64,000 nt of DNA from Clostridiaceae bacterium (GTDB lineage Bacteria > Bacillota > Clostridia > TANB77 > CAG-508). The stretch lies in assembly GCA_012513065.1 (NCBI GenBank), contig JAAZCX010000012.1, positions 31,938 to 95,937 of the forward strand. The letters run 5' to 3'. The notes below the pieces were generated by a model. The model saw only the letters and a list, made by a program, of their open reading frames with translations, made no database searches and was not told the origin of the DNA. Shown here one piece after another: positions 32,078 to 42,401 of the stretch; positions within the stretch are counted from its first letter, which is position 1, and every line of letters begins with the position of its first letter. The position numbers were made by a program, and so were the translations under genes.

Positions 32078-32557
32078 TTAATCTTCTAATGTTTCATCAT
32101 TTTCGATTCAATCCTGAACCTGAACAATACGGTAATTTTCTTTATTGTCTCTTATTACCATAGTTTCAATTCCAGAATTTATAATCATTCTTTTGCAAAG
32201 TGTACAAGGCTCAGCTTTTTCTTTATATTCTCCATTTCTGGAATTAATACCAACTAAATATAAAGTTGCTCCAATCATTTCGCTTCTACTAGCACTAATT
32301 ATAGCATTTTGCTCTGAATGAACACTTCTGCATTTTTCATAACCAGCACCACTAGGAGTATTATTCTTTTTTCTTCTGCATTCACCTAAATCACAACAGT
32401 TTTTTCTTCCTCTTGGTGAGCCAGTATAACCTGTAGCTATGATTTCATCATTTTTTACAATAATGCTACCATAATTGTTTCTTATGCAAGTTCCCCGCGA
32501 AGAAATTTCTTCAGCAATGTATAGATAATAATTATTTTTATCTTTTCTTTTTTCCAT
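32078..32557 (-). CDS. dCMP deaminase family protein, probably with a premature TGA at 32110-32108
   Basis: RGTC, TGYTGSPRG, VHSEQNAI, PCTLC; frame continues IENDETLED* for 9 more codons after QD-TGA. Confidence 0.8.
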
Positions 32558-32609
32558 AATTTAGACCTCCATTTTTAATAATTATGCAAGTAAAAAGAAA
32601 CAACTATTG

Positions 32610-33101
32610 CTAGTTCTTTCTTTCAAATGTTATATATTCATAATTAAACGGATTTTCTTCATTTTTTAAACCTTGTTTTCTATCTATTACTTTCCATTCG
32701 TTTTCTTTAATTTCTGGAAAACATACATCTCCATCAAATTCTTCTTTTATTAGTGTTAAATATAATTTATTTGCATATGGCATTAATAATCTATATATTG
32801 TTGCTCCACCTATTATAAAATTTTCTTCATCAGAATTTATATATTTATCAAGCATAGAAATATCTTCTAATACTTCTACATTTTCATCTTCTATATTCAT
32901 TTCCATATCATTACACAAAATAACGTGTTTCCTATTTGGTAAAATTCTTCCTAGTGACTCAAAAGTTTTTCTTCCCATTATAATAGTATGTCCTGTTGTT
33001 AATTTTTTAAATCTTTTTAAATCTTCTGGTAAATGCCAAATTAGTTTATTATCTTTTCCTATTACATTATTTTCTGCTACTGCAACAATAATACTTAACA
33101 T
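32610..33101 (-). CDS. folA: Dihydrofolate reductase
   Basis: VIGKDNKLIWHLPEDL, IMGRKTFES, IIGGATIY. Confidence 0.95.
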   Translation of the reverse strand: MLSIIVAVAENNVIGKDNKLIWHLPEDLKRFKKLTTGHTIIMGRKTFESLGRILPNRKHVILCNDMEMNIEDENVEVLEDISMLDKYINSDEENFIIGGATIYRLLMPYANKLYLTLIKEEFDGDVCFPEIKENEWKVIDRKQGLKNEENPFNYEYITFERKN

Positions 33102-33147
33102 ATTTTTCTCCTATTCATTTATATAAATTCTTTATTTATTTAATATT

Positions 33148-34005
33148 TTAAATAGCCACTGGTATCTTTCCTAATTTAATATCTTTATTATATTCATAAC
33201 ATTCTATTTCAAAATCTTCTGGTTTAAATTCATAAAAATCTTTAGTTGGATTTTTTATTATTAATCTAGGACAAACATCCATTGATTCTGCTTCTATTAA
33301 TTTTTCAATTAATGGTATATGTCTATCATATATATGACAATCACCTATATTATGTGTTAATGTTCCTACTTCTAATCCCGAAACTTGTGCGAACATACAT
33401 AATAATGCTGCATATTGCATTGTATTCCATCCATTTGCCGCTAGCATATCTTGTGATCTTTGATTTAATATTAAATGTAATTTTCCACCTTTTACAAGCC
33501 ATTGTGTTCCATAAGCACAAGGTTCTAAGTTCATATCTTTTAATTCTTCATGATTAAAAATATTACTCATTATACGACGACTAGCTGGATCATTTTTTAG
33601 TAAATATAATATATAATCTACTTGATCCATTTTTTTAATTCCTTCTTTTGTTTTAAATTCATACTTTTTTGCCATTTGATATCCATATGCTTTTCCTATT
33701 GTTCCATCTTCTCCTGCCCATTGATCCCATATATGTGAATTTAATTTATTAACATCATTAGATTTTTTTTGCCAAATCCATAATATTTCATCTATTGCTC
33801 TTTTTACTGTTTGTGAATTATTTCTTAATGTTATCATCGGAAATTCTTTTCCAATATCATATACATTAGTAACTCCAACTAATGAAATATAATTTGCTTC
33901 TTCTCCATCATCCCATCTTGTTCTAACTCCTGTTCCTTTTGAAGAATAACCATTTTTTAGTATCTCTTTGCATGTGTCAATAAAATTTTTATCTGCTTGT
34001 GTCAT
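33148..34005 (-). CDS. thyA: Thymidylate synthase ThyA
   Basis: IWDQWA, YGYQ, SRRI, LEPC, QRSQD, HIYDRH. Confidence 0.93.
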   Translation of the reverse strand: MTQADKNFIDTCKEILKNGYSSKGTGVRTRWDDGEEANYISLVGVTNVYDIGKEFPMITLRNNSQTVKRAIDEILWIWQKKSNDVNKLNSHIWDQWAGEDGTIGKAYGYQMAKKYEFKTKEGIKKMDQVDYILYLLKNDPASRRIMSNIFNHEELKDMNLEPCAYGTQWLVKGGKLHLILNQRSQDMLAANGWNTMQYAALLCMFAQVSGLEVGTLTHNIGDCHIYDRHIPLIEKLIEAESMDVCPRLIIKNPTKDFYEFKPEDFEIECYEYNKDIKLGKIPVAI

Positions 34006-34080
34006 AAAGAATTCCTCCTTTTATGATTTATTTTTTTAATAATATCACAAGCATATTTTTTTGTAAATAAATTAATAAAT

Positions 34081-34130
34081 AAAAACACCTTCTTTTAAGT
34101 AATATATATACTTAAAAGAAGGTGTTTTTT
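34081..34130 (-). terminator. Long hairpin terminator after thyX-like gene
   Basis: AAAAACACCTTCTTTTAAGT / ACTTAAAAGAAGGTGTTTTT. Confidence 0.75.
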
Positions 34131-35290
34131 ATACTAATCTGTCTAATGCTTTTGCAGGTCCCCATATACACGGTTTTTTAGCAGTACATGTGTAATCCGG
34201 AAACATACATCTTGCTCCTTTTGAATACTGTAACAAGTAATCGTACACTCTAGGTTTTACATTTTCAGTATTTTTCAAATACTTGTTTAATGTTTCTTTG
34301 GTCTGCATAGCAGTCTCGAGCTGAGCAAATCCACATAAACGTTCTTTACATTTGAGTACAAAGTTTTCTACTGTTCCTCTTTCATTTACCAGAACCATTT
34401 TTCCTTGTGGAAAATATTTTGAAAGTGAATTAATATCTTTTAACCACTCATCCTGTAATTTTGTATTCCTAATAATAGGAGGAACAAAATACATGTTAGT
34501 AGTATCAAATGAATGAACAAAAATTTCATAATTCAATGTTCTGTATCTTTGTGCCTGAGCCAGCTGTGCAAAAGATGCCCAATAAGTATAGCAGTAATTT
34601 TCTCCCCATTCATCTTCTCTCTTTATATCTGAAAATAGTGAAAGTTTTCTGTTCTTGGAGTCCGGGTTAGTCCCTTCTACCTTATACTCAGGATTCATAT
34701 TTACAAATTCCTGTAAAATCGGTTTTAACTTTTTGCTAAAAGATGTATCATTTTCATTTTTAGTAAAATCTTCTATCATATGAAGAAGATAACTAAACTG
34801 CTGAAAAGTTACAGAATACCCCATAACTGTTGCCAGGGTAAAGATGCTAATCAAATATCTAGCATTTTCCTGAGCTAACTTTTGTACCTTTTTTCCGTCA
34901 ATTTGGCTATATATTTCGCTTATACGGTTTTTGAAAATTTCAATCCATTTTTCATACAGCACTTTTTCTGTCTCAGACGGCTGCATCTTTGTATATCTTG
35001 CGGATTTTTCTGAAGTATCATATACTCCTTCATTATTTAAAATCATTGCCATGATTTTAGGGATTTCTTCATATACAAAGTTATATCTCGGATGTCCAAA
35101 AACGCTGTGATGGTTTGATTCCATATTTCCAGTTGCCCGCTTCATTGTTTTTTTCTGAAGCTTCTTCAAAAATAGAATCCACTGTATCCGGCATATAGCA
35201 AATACCTGCCTCTTTTCCAGATAAATCAATTGCTTCTTCAATAGGAAGTTCATAACCTACCTTTGTTGATGCTACTACTCTTGTTTTCAT
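34129..35290 (-). pseudogene. Flavin-dependent thymidylate synthase (ThyX/Thy1)-like gene, frameshifted in an A7 run
   Basis: ATG 35290 with AGGAG RBS; frame break around 35148-35154; HHSVFGH, ENARYL, QAQRYR motifs; visibly higher GC than neighbours. Confidence 0.6.
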
Positions 35291-35492
35291 ACGTTTTTTC
35301 TCCTTCTGATATAATATTGTCAACAAGTTACGTTTTAGCTAAATATCTTTTTTATTGATTTTCTCCTCCTTTTAATATAATTATATTTTAAAAGTTCCTA
35401 CAAATATTAAATTGTATGAGAATTATAACATATTAACATAATCTTTTCAAGTATTATACACATTTTAAAAATAAAATAAATATTATTAATAT

Positions 35493-36383
35493 CTATATAT
35501 CCCATTTTGGTACATATTCTTCTTCATGTTCTCCTAGTTCTTGCATATATCCATTCTTTAAATCTAATGAGAAAAAGTATTCTTCTATTTGTTTATATTC
35601 TTTTTTTGTTAATTTTCTATTAATAAGTTCATCTTCTTTTGCTTTATATGTTGGAAAATATTGAGCCATAACATTTATATATATTTCTTCATTTATATTG
35701 TCTTTTATCCACTTTAATACATTTTTACTATTTTGAATATGATTTGGTAAAACTAAATGTCTTATCATTACTCCTTTTTGTATCATTCCATTTTCATCAA
35801 ATTTTGGACTTCCTACTTGATTTATCATTTCTTTAATTGCTTTTGTTGCAATTTCAAAATAATTATCTACTCCAGAATATTTTTTGGCTAATTCATCAGA
35901 ATAATATTTTAAATCTGGTAAATATACATCTATATACCCTTTTAAATCTTTTATTGTTTGAATTTCTTCATATCCATTAGAATTATATATTATTGGAATA
36001 TTTAATCCTTTACTTTTTGCAATTTTTATAGCTTCTATAATTTGATATGCATACATTGTTGGTGTAACTAAATTTATATTATGTACATTATTTCCTTGTT
36101 GTTTTAAAAATATATCTGCTAATTCTTCTATTGTAATTTCATAACCTTTTCCTAATTGACTTATTTCATAGTTTTGGCAAAATTTACAACTTAAATTACA
36201 ATTTGAAAAAAATATTGTTCCAGATCCATTTGTTCCACTAATACATGGCTCTTCATAATTATGTACAGATGCTAATGCAATTTTAATCTTATCATCAGAT
36301 TTACATCTTCCTTTTTGACCATGTATTCTATTTACTTTGCAATGATGTGGACATACTTTACATTCTATTAATTGTTCTAACAT
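35493..36383 (-). CDS. Radical SAM protein, PflX-like
   Basis: CKVCPHHC, EEPCISG, CNLSCKFCQN, RHLVLP. Confidence 0.85.
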   Translation of the reverse strand: MLEQLIECKVCPHHCKVNRIHGQKGRCKSDDKIKIALASVHNYEEPCISGTNGSGTIFFSNCNLSCKFCQNYEISQLGKGYEITIEELADIFLKQQGNNVHNINLVTPTMYAYQIIEAIKIAKSKGLNIPIIYNSNGYEEIQTIKDLKGYIDVYLPDLKYYSDELAKKYSGVDNYFEIATKAIKEMINQVGSPKFDENGMIQKGVMIRHLVLPNHIQNSKNVLKWIKDNINEEIYINVMAQYFPTYKAKEDELINRKLTKKEYKQIEEYFFSLDLKNGYMQELGEHEEEYVPKWDI

Positions 36384-36517
36384 TAAATCTATCTCCTATT
36401 CACAATGTGTCTATAATAATTTATCTTTCAATATTTTAACATATTTTTAATAATTTTGTACATTTTTTTAAAACTATGTTATAATGTCAAAAGATTTTTT
36501 ATTTAGGAGGTCTTAAT

Positions 36518-37240
36518 ATGGCATTTATTGAACATGAATTTACACTTACAATTAGAGATATTAATACAAAAATGCAATTATGTAATAAATCAATCTTAAG
36601 TTTTTTTGAAGATATTGGTGGTTATCATTCTGATTTAGCAGGATATGGATTAAAAGATATAGAAAGAACAAGACTAAGTTGGGTTTTACTATTTTGGAAA
36701 GTAAAAGTTATTAAAAGATTAAAATATGGAGATAAAATTAAAGTTAAAACTTGGTCAAGAGGTAGTGTTCGTGCTTGTTGTCTTCGTGATTATGAAATTT
36801 ATAATAGTAATGGTGAACTTTGTGTTATTGGAACTTCTAAATGGGCATTAACGCATTTAGAAAAAGGATTAGTAAAACTTACCGATGAACTTACAAGTAA
36901 TTATAACAATGAAACAAAAAGTGTTTTTGAAAATTTCGATTTTAAAAAATTAAAAGAACCTGATAATTATTCTAATATATATGAGTATACTGTATCTAGA
37001 AGAGATATTGATATTAATAATCATATGCATAATTTAAATTATTTAGATTTAGCTTATGAAGCTTTACCAGAAGATGTTTATAAAAATAATTCTTTCGATA
37101 ATATAGAAATCATGTATAAAACTGGTGCAACATTATATGAAAAATTAAAATGTTTTTATTCTCAAATTGAAAATGAACATTTTATTGTAATAAAAAGTGA
37201 AGATGAAACTATTTTACATTCAATAATCAAATTATATTAA
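36518..37240 (+). CDS. Acyl-ACP thioesterase family protein
   Basis: DIDINNHMHNLNY motif, double hotdog-type length. Confidence 0.85.
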   Translation: MAFIEHEFTLTIRDINTKMQLCNKSILSFFEDIGGYHSDLAGYGLKDIERTRLSWVLLFWKVKVIKRLKYGDKIKVKTWSRGSVRACCLRDYEIYNSNGELCVIGTSKWALTHLEKGLVKLTDELTSNYNNETKSVFENFDFKKLKEPDNYSNIYEYTVSRRDIDINNHMHNLNYLDLAYEALPEDVYKNNSFDNIEIMYKTGATLYEKLKCFYSQIENEHFIVIKSEDETILHSIIKLY

Positions 37241-37273
37241 AAACAAAAAATAAAAGATATATAACTATATCTT

Positions 37274-38545
37274 TTATTTTTTTTGTTCTTTCTCTTCTTT
37301 TAAATAATTCATTATTTTTTTATATTCTTCTGAATCAATTTGTATATATCCTAAATAAAATTCCATCATACTTTCTAATGTATTGCATTTTCTTAATGAG
37401 TATTTTTTATTTTTCTTTTCTAATATTGTATATTTTGGAAGCATATAATTTAATTCTTTTAGAAAAACATTTTTATTTGATGTGTCTGGAAGAATTCTTT
37501 TTTTTCCTGATCTTTTATCATGTGCTGCAGTTCCATTTGCTCTTGATATATTTTCTCTATAAATAGACCTTATTTGCAATTCAAAATTATATTCTTTATG
37601 ATCTAAATAGCAAAATTTTAAATGATCTGCAATATAACCATTATTTTTTGTTTTTCTTTTATACCCATCTTTTAGTAATTCTATATTCATATCTTTTAGT
37701 AATTCTTTATTATTTGTTAAATAATTTGCAAAATCTTTTTCTACTTCTATACAACATAAATCATTATACTTAGTTTTCTCTTTTGCTGATGCTTGTTCTC
37801 TTTGTTTTATTAGCTCATTTAATTTTTTATTCTCTGTCTTTAAATCATTTGGAACATTTGCTATTACAATTTTAAATCCTCTTAAATCTTTTATTTTTAA
37901 ATATTCTAAAGGATTATATAATCTTTTAATTTCGTTTTCATCATTTTTAATTTTTTCTATACATTCCCAATGAAGTAAATTCTTTTCTGGTATATTACTA
38001 TCTTTTGCTGCTTTTTCTCCATAATCTTTTTCTATTTGTTGAATAAGTTTATTTCTTTTTTCAGTATCTATTTCTTCTTTATTTAATCTTATTTTAGTAA
38101 TTCTTAAACAAGCAGTTTTCATGTTATCACTTACTTCTTTTTCTTGTATAAGTTCATTTATATTACTTAGGTCTTCAATTTTTTCATAAAATATTTTTTT
38201 AGTTTTTTTAGCTAATTCTTTATTTGGCATTTTGTCTAAAATTAAAGAATATAAATTTTCTTTTTCTTTTACAGAAATATCATTTATTGCGTAAATTTTA
38301 CAAAGTCTTTCTATTTCTAGTTTATTTAATTTTTCTTTTAAACTTTTTTGTGATTTTTCTCTTCCTTTTGGAGGTTCAATTTTTACACCTTTATATCTGT
38401 CAGAAAATAATTCTACTATTTTAATAAAAGACTCATTAAATCTATTTTCATATTCTTCGTTATTTTTCAGTCCTAATTGATATTCATATATGATATTAGT
38501 TGGATGTTTCTCTACATGATATGTACTTCTTATATCATTTTCCAT
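37274..38545 (-). CDS. RelA/SpoT synthetase-domain protein (small alarmone synthetase-like)
   Basis: GREKSQKSLKEK, IKDLRGFKIV, NGYIADHL, FELQIRS motifs; no HD hydrolase domain. Confidence 0.62.
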   Translation of the reverse strand: MENDIRSTYHVEKHPTNIIYEYQLGLKNNEEYENRFNESFIKIVELFSDRYKGVKIEPPKGREKSQKSLKEKLNKLEIERLCKIYAINDISVKEKENLYSLILDKMPNKELAKKTKKIFYEKIEDLSNINELIQEKEVSDNMKTACLRITKIRLNKEEIDTEKRNKLIQQIEKDYGEKAAKDSNIPEKNLLHWECIEKIKNDENEIKRLYNPLEYLKIKDLRGFKIVIANVPNDLKTENKKLNELIKQREQASAKEKTKYNDLCCIEVEKDFANYLTNNKELLKDMNIELLKDGYKRKTKNNGYIADHLKFCYLDHKEYNFELQIRSIYRENISRANGTAAHDKRSGKKRILPDTSNKNVFLKELNYMLPKYTILEKKNKKYSLRKCNTLESMMEFYLGYIQIDSEEYKKIMNYLKEEKEQKK

Positions 38546-38723
38546 TTTTTATTTTCACTCTCCTAAATATTAACATTAATATTATACAACTTTTATTATT
38601 AAAAGTAAATAATTTATAATGTTTTATTTACATAATTTTTTATTGATATTTTTCTACTTTTTGTAACTTTTTTTTACTTTTTTCATAATATTTAGTATAC
38701 AAATAATTAAGGAGGTTTAAATT

Positions 38724-39084
38724 ATGTATAATTGTAGATATAGAAAATGTTGCTGCCAAAAAAATTATGATCAAAAAGTTATTGAAACTGCTTGTAATGA
38801 TTGTGGCACTACTGCTAATTACTATATTGCTAAAGACAATGATGATAGTTGTGATTGTGGTTTTGAGCAACAAGGTGAATCTATATTCCCTCAAAATCCT
38901 TTACTTGCACAAAGTTATGTTCCTATTCAATATATGGATAAAACTTTTACACCTTGTGTACGGATTAAAAATGGGAACTATTTTTCCTGAACTTGTTAGT
39001 CCTTATTCACCTGGACAGTCTATAGAAGAAATTGCCTTTATTAAAGCAATGAATTCTATTGGAGAGGGGTGTAATAAATGTTAG
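38724..39084 (+). CDS. cotJA: Spore coat protein CotJA, needs +1 shift at GTA-CGGA (38961-38964)
   Basis: LAQSYVPIQ then CCT TGT GTA CGGA TTA AAA ATG GGA ACT ATT TTT CCT GAA CTT gives GLKMGTIFPELVSPY. Confidence 0.85.
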
Positions 39085-39551
39085 ATAATGAAAATAGAAA
39101 TTGTAACTGTGGTTATATGATGAATAATAATAGTAATATGACTGTTGAAAATCTTGATTTTCCTAATACTGATGCTCTTTCTGCTAATACTTCTGGAATG
39201 AGCTGTGGTAATTGCTGTGGAATGCAAGGAATGGCTCCAAAGCTTCCTGTATATTCTTATAAATTCACAAATATAGGACCAGAGGAAACTTGTTTAGAAA
39301 AAGAAATTACTAGAGAAGAAATGATTGAAAAAATAAGATGTTTAAGTTTTGCTATCGTTGAATTAGCTGAATATTTAGATACACATGTTGACGACGAAAA
39401 AGCAATATGTCTTCATAAAGAATACGCAAAAGAATTACGCGATTTAAAAGATAAATATCAAAAGATTTATGGTCCTCTAACTATTAATTTTCCATGTAAT
39501 AAATGGAGATGGATTGAAGAACCATGGCCTTGGGAAAGGGGGAATTTTTAA
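39078..39551 (+). CDS. cotJB: Spore coat protein CotJB
   Basis: ELAEYLDTH, YGPLT, WRWIEEPWPWE. Confidence 0.9.
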   Translation: MLDNENRNCNCGYMMNNNSNMTVENLDFPNTDALSANTSGMSCGNCCGMQGMAPKLPVYSYKFTNIGPEETCLEKEITREEMIEKIRCLSFAIVELAEYLDTHVDDEKAICLHKEYAKELRDLKDKYQKIYGPLTINFPCNKWRWIEEPWPWERGNF

Positions 39552-40171
39552 TGTGGACCTATAATAAAGTATTACAATATCCAGTAAATATTAAATGTCC
39601 AAATCCAAAACTTGCTAAATTTATAATTAGCCAGTATGGTGGTCCAGATGGAGAACTTGCTGCTTCACTTAGATATTTATCTCAAAGATTTGGTATGCCT
39701 GATCAAAATTCTAAAGCTGTTTTAAATGATATTGGAACTGAAGAACTTGCCCATTTAGAAATGGTTGGTAGTATTGTTCACCAATTAACTGATGGAGTTT
39801 GTCCAGAAGAATTAGAAAAAGCTGGTCTTGGAGCATATTATACTGATCATGGTGTTGATGTATATCCTCAATCAGCTGCAGGTCATCCTTTTACTGCTGC
39901 ATATATTGCTGCAAAAGGTGATCCTATTGCTAACTTACAAGAAGATTTAGCAGCAGAACAAAAAGCTAGAGCAACTTATGAAAAACTAATTGATCTTTGT
40001 AAAGATGATCCTGATGTATTAGATCCTCTTCGTTTTTTAAGACAAAGAGAAATAGTTCATTTTCAAAGATTTGGTGAAGCACTAAGAGGCGTTCAAGACA
40101 AACTTGCAGAAAAGAAATTTTATGTAGCAAATTGTTCTAAAAAAATATGTAATGATAATGAATGTATGTAA
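39551..40171 (+). CDS. cotJC: Spore coat Mn-catalase-like protein CotJC
   Basis: QYGGPDGEL, DIGTEELAHLEM, REIVHFQRFGE. Confidence 0.93.
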   Translation: MWTYNKVLQYPVNIKCPNPKLAKFIISQYGGPDGELAASLRYLSQRFGMPDQNSKAVLNDIGTEELAHLEMVGSIVHQLTDGVCPEELEKAGLGAYYTDHGVDVYPQSAAGHPFTAAYIAAKGDPIANLQEDLAAEQKARATYEKLIDLCKDDPDVLDPLRFLRQREIVHFQRFGEALRGVQDKLAEKKFYVANCSKKICNDNECM

Positions 40172-40330
40172 TTTTTCATAAGATTATTACACAAAAATAT
40201 CTCCTAAGAAATTTTATTCTTTCAGGAGATATTTTAATTATATATATAACACTTTTCTTTATTATTTTCCATTTTTTATATCATAAAAAATGGAATCCCA
40301 TTATATAACTAATGAGATTCCTAAATAATT

Positions 40331-41422
40331 TTATACATTAAATCTAAATAATACTATATCTCCATCTTGCATAATGTATTCTTTTCCTTCTGAACGAATT
40401 AATCCTTTTTCTTTACAAGCAACCATTGATCCTTGTTCCATTAATTCATTAAAAGATACTACTTCTGCTCTTATAAATCCTCTTTCAATATCTGAATGGA
40501 TTTTTCCAGCAGCTTGTGGAGCTTTAGTTCCTTTTTTTATTGTCCATGCTCTAACTTCTGGTTCACCAGCAGTTAAGAAACTCATTAGTCCTAATAAATC
40601 ATAACTTGTTTTTACTACTTTATCTAATCCTGATTCATCAAGTCCTAATGCTTCTAACATTTCTTTTTTATCATCACCTTCTAGAGATGATAATTCTTCT
40701 TCTATTTTTACACATAAAGGAATTACTTTTGCATTTTCTGTTTTTGCAAATTCCTTTACTTTATTTACTCTTTCATCATTTTGTGCATCTGCCATTTGTT
40801 CTTCTGAAACATTTGCAATATATAGTACTGGTTTTAAAGTTAATAAATATAAATCTTTTATTGTTTCTAGTTCTTCATCTGTTAATTCTACTGTTCTTGC
40901 ACATTTACCTGCATCTAATGTTTCTTTTATTTTTTCTAAGACATCTATTTCTGATTGAGCTTTTTTATCTGCTTTTAATCTTTTCTTTGCTGAATCTAAT
41001 CTTTTGTCAACCATTTCTAAATCTGAAAATATTAATTCTAAATTTATAGTTTCTACATCTCTTAATGGTTCTATACTTCCATCAACATGTACAATATTTG
41101 AATCATCAAAACATCTTACAACATGTGCTATTGCATCTACTTCACGAATATGTGATAAGAATTTATTTCCAAGACCTTCTCCCTTACTTGCTCCTTTTAC
41201 TAAACCTGCAATATCAACAAATTCTATAATTGCATGTGTTGTTTTTTCTGGATGATACATATTAGTTAGTTCATCTAATCTTTCATCTGGTACAGGTACT
41301 ACTCCTATATTTGGTTCTATTGTACAAAATGGATAATTTGCACATTCAGCTCCTGCATTTGTAATACTATTAAATAATGTTGATTTTCCTACATTTGGAA
41401 GTCCTACAATTCCAATTTTCAT
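40331..41422 (-). CDS. ychF: Redox-regulated ATPase YchF
   Basis: GIVGLPNVGKST, NYPFCTIEPN, DIAGLVKGAS, EGKEYIMQDGD. Confidence 0.96.
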   Translation of the reverse strand: MKIGIVGLPNVGKSTLFNSITNAGAECANYPFCTIEPNIGVVPVPDERLDELTNMYHPEKTTHAIIEFVDIAGLVKGASKGEGLGNKFLSHIREVDAIAHVVRCFDDSNIVHVDGSIEPLRDVETINLELIFSDLEMVDKRLDSAKKRLKADKKAQSEIDVLEKIKETLDAGKCARTVELTDEELETIKDLYLLTLKPVLYIANVSEEQMADAQNDERVNKVKEFAKTENAKVIPLCVKIEEELSSLEGDDKKEMLEALGLDESGLDKVVKTSYDLLGLMSFLTAGEPEVRAWTIKKGTKAPQAAGKIHSDIERGFIRAEVVSFNELMEQGSMVACKEKGLIRSEGKEYIMQDGDIVLFRFNV

Positions 41423-41657
41423 TTTTGTTTTTCCTCTTTTCTGTTTTTTGTTTTATTAGAATAACATTTTTATAATTATTTTCAAAATTATTATACAATA
41501 ACAATAAAATATTTGCAATATTATTGTATATTGAACTTATATTTGTTCTTATACTTTATTAATAAAATATTTTTAAAAAATAAAGAGCCTTAATCTAAGG
41601 CTCTCCATTTGACATTTAGGATATCAATTGTTTATATTGTTACTTATTAACTAACAA

Positions 41658-42059
41658 TTAGTGCCATTCGTAAAGTAAGAAATCAAGACTGGTATATCCT
41701 AAAGCTCCGAAACTCACTCTATACGTTCCTCCGTTGCAATTGCTAATTAGATTCACATCTGTTTTAGAGTATATATCCCTCCGAAACAATATATTAGATG
41801 TGTTGTTTGCAGGTGTAATGAAGAATCCGGATCAACCCACAAATTTAAATTTGAGCTTGCAGGAGGTGTAACATCATAATATACCGTAGATCCAACAATA
41901 GTTAATCCTTGCCGATGCACAAGTCCATTCACTTCATATATTCCTCCGTATCAATCTCTTCTACAGGAATATCAATTTCTGTCGCCATAACAGGTATAGA
42001 CGAAAAAATCATTAACATAGTAGCAATTACTGCTATAAACATTTTTTTAAATATTTCAT
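41658..42059 (-). pseudogene. Decayed gene for a small secreted protein
   Basis: GGAGG RBS, ATG 42059, signal-peptide-like MKYLKK/MFIAVIATMLMIFSSIPVMA broken by several frameshifts; last segment ...GGTYRVSFGALGYTSLDFLLYEWH*; higher GC. Confidence 0.45.
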
Positions 42060-42401
42060 TCTTTAAGCCTCCTTTTATTTGTTGATATCCTATGTCATAT
42101 AATATCTTAAATAAGATATATGTAATATTATAACGAAAAATGCTGAAATTTCAATAATACTCATATAAATAAAATTATAAATTTTTGACAGCTTTCGACT
42201 TTTTTTCACTTACAATTTGATACAATAAAAGTATTTATCCTATATAAAACTTTTTAATATTAATTTTTTAAGATAAGTAGTTTAAAAAGGTTAAAATTAA
42301 TTTAACAAATGATTGACAGAATGTGTTCTTCTTCTTGTTTTTATATAATGTAAACCATAATAAATTGTTTACTTTATACTTTTCCTTCTTTAATAATCAT
42401 T

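Noticed and set aside
32108..32110. UGA reassigned to Trp
   Set aside because: Trp is encoded by TGG in the other genes examined and no other gene needs TGA read-through; a single nonsense mutation is simpler.
35148..35154. thyX-like frameshift as another CGG recoding site
   Set aside because: The break maps to an A7 run; no 0-frame CGG exists before the switch.
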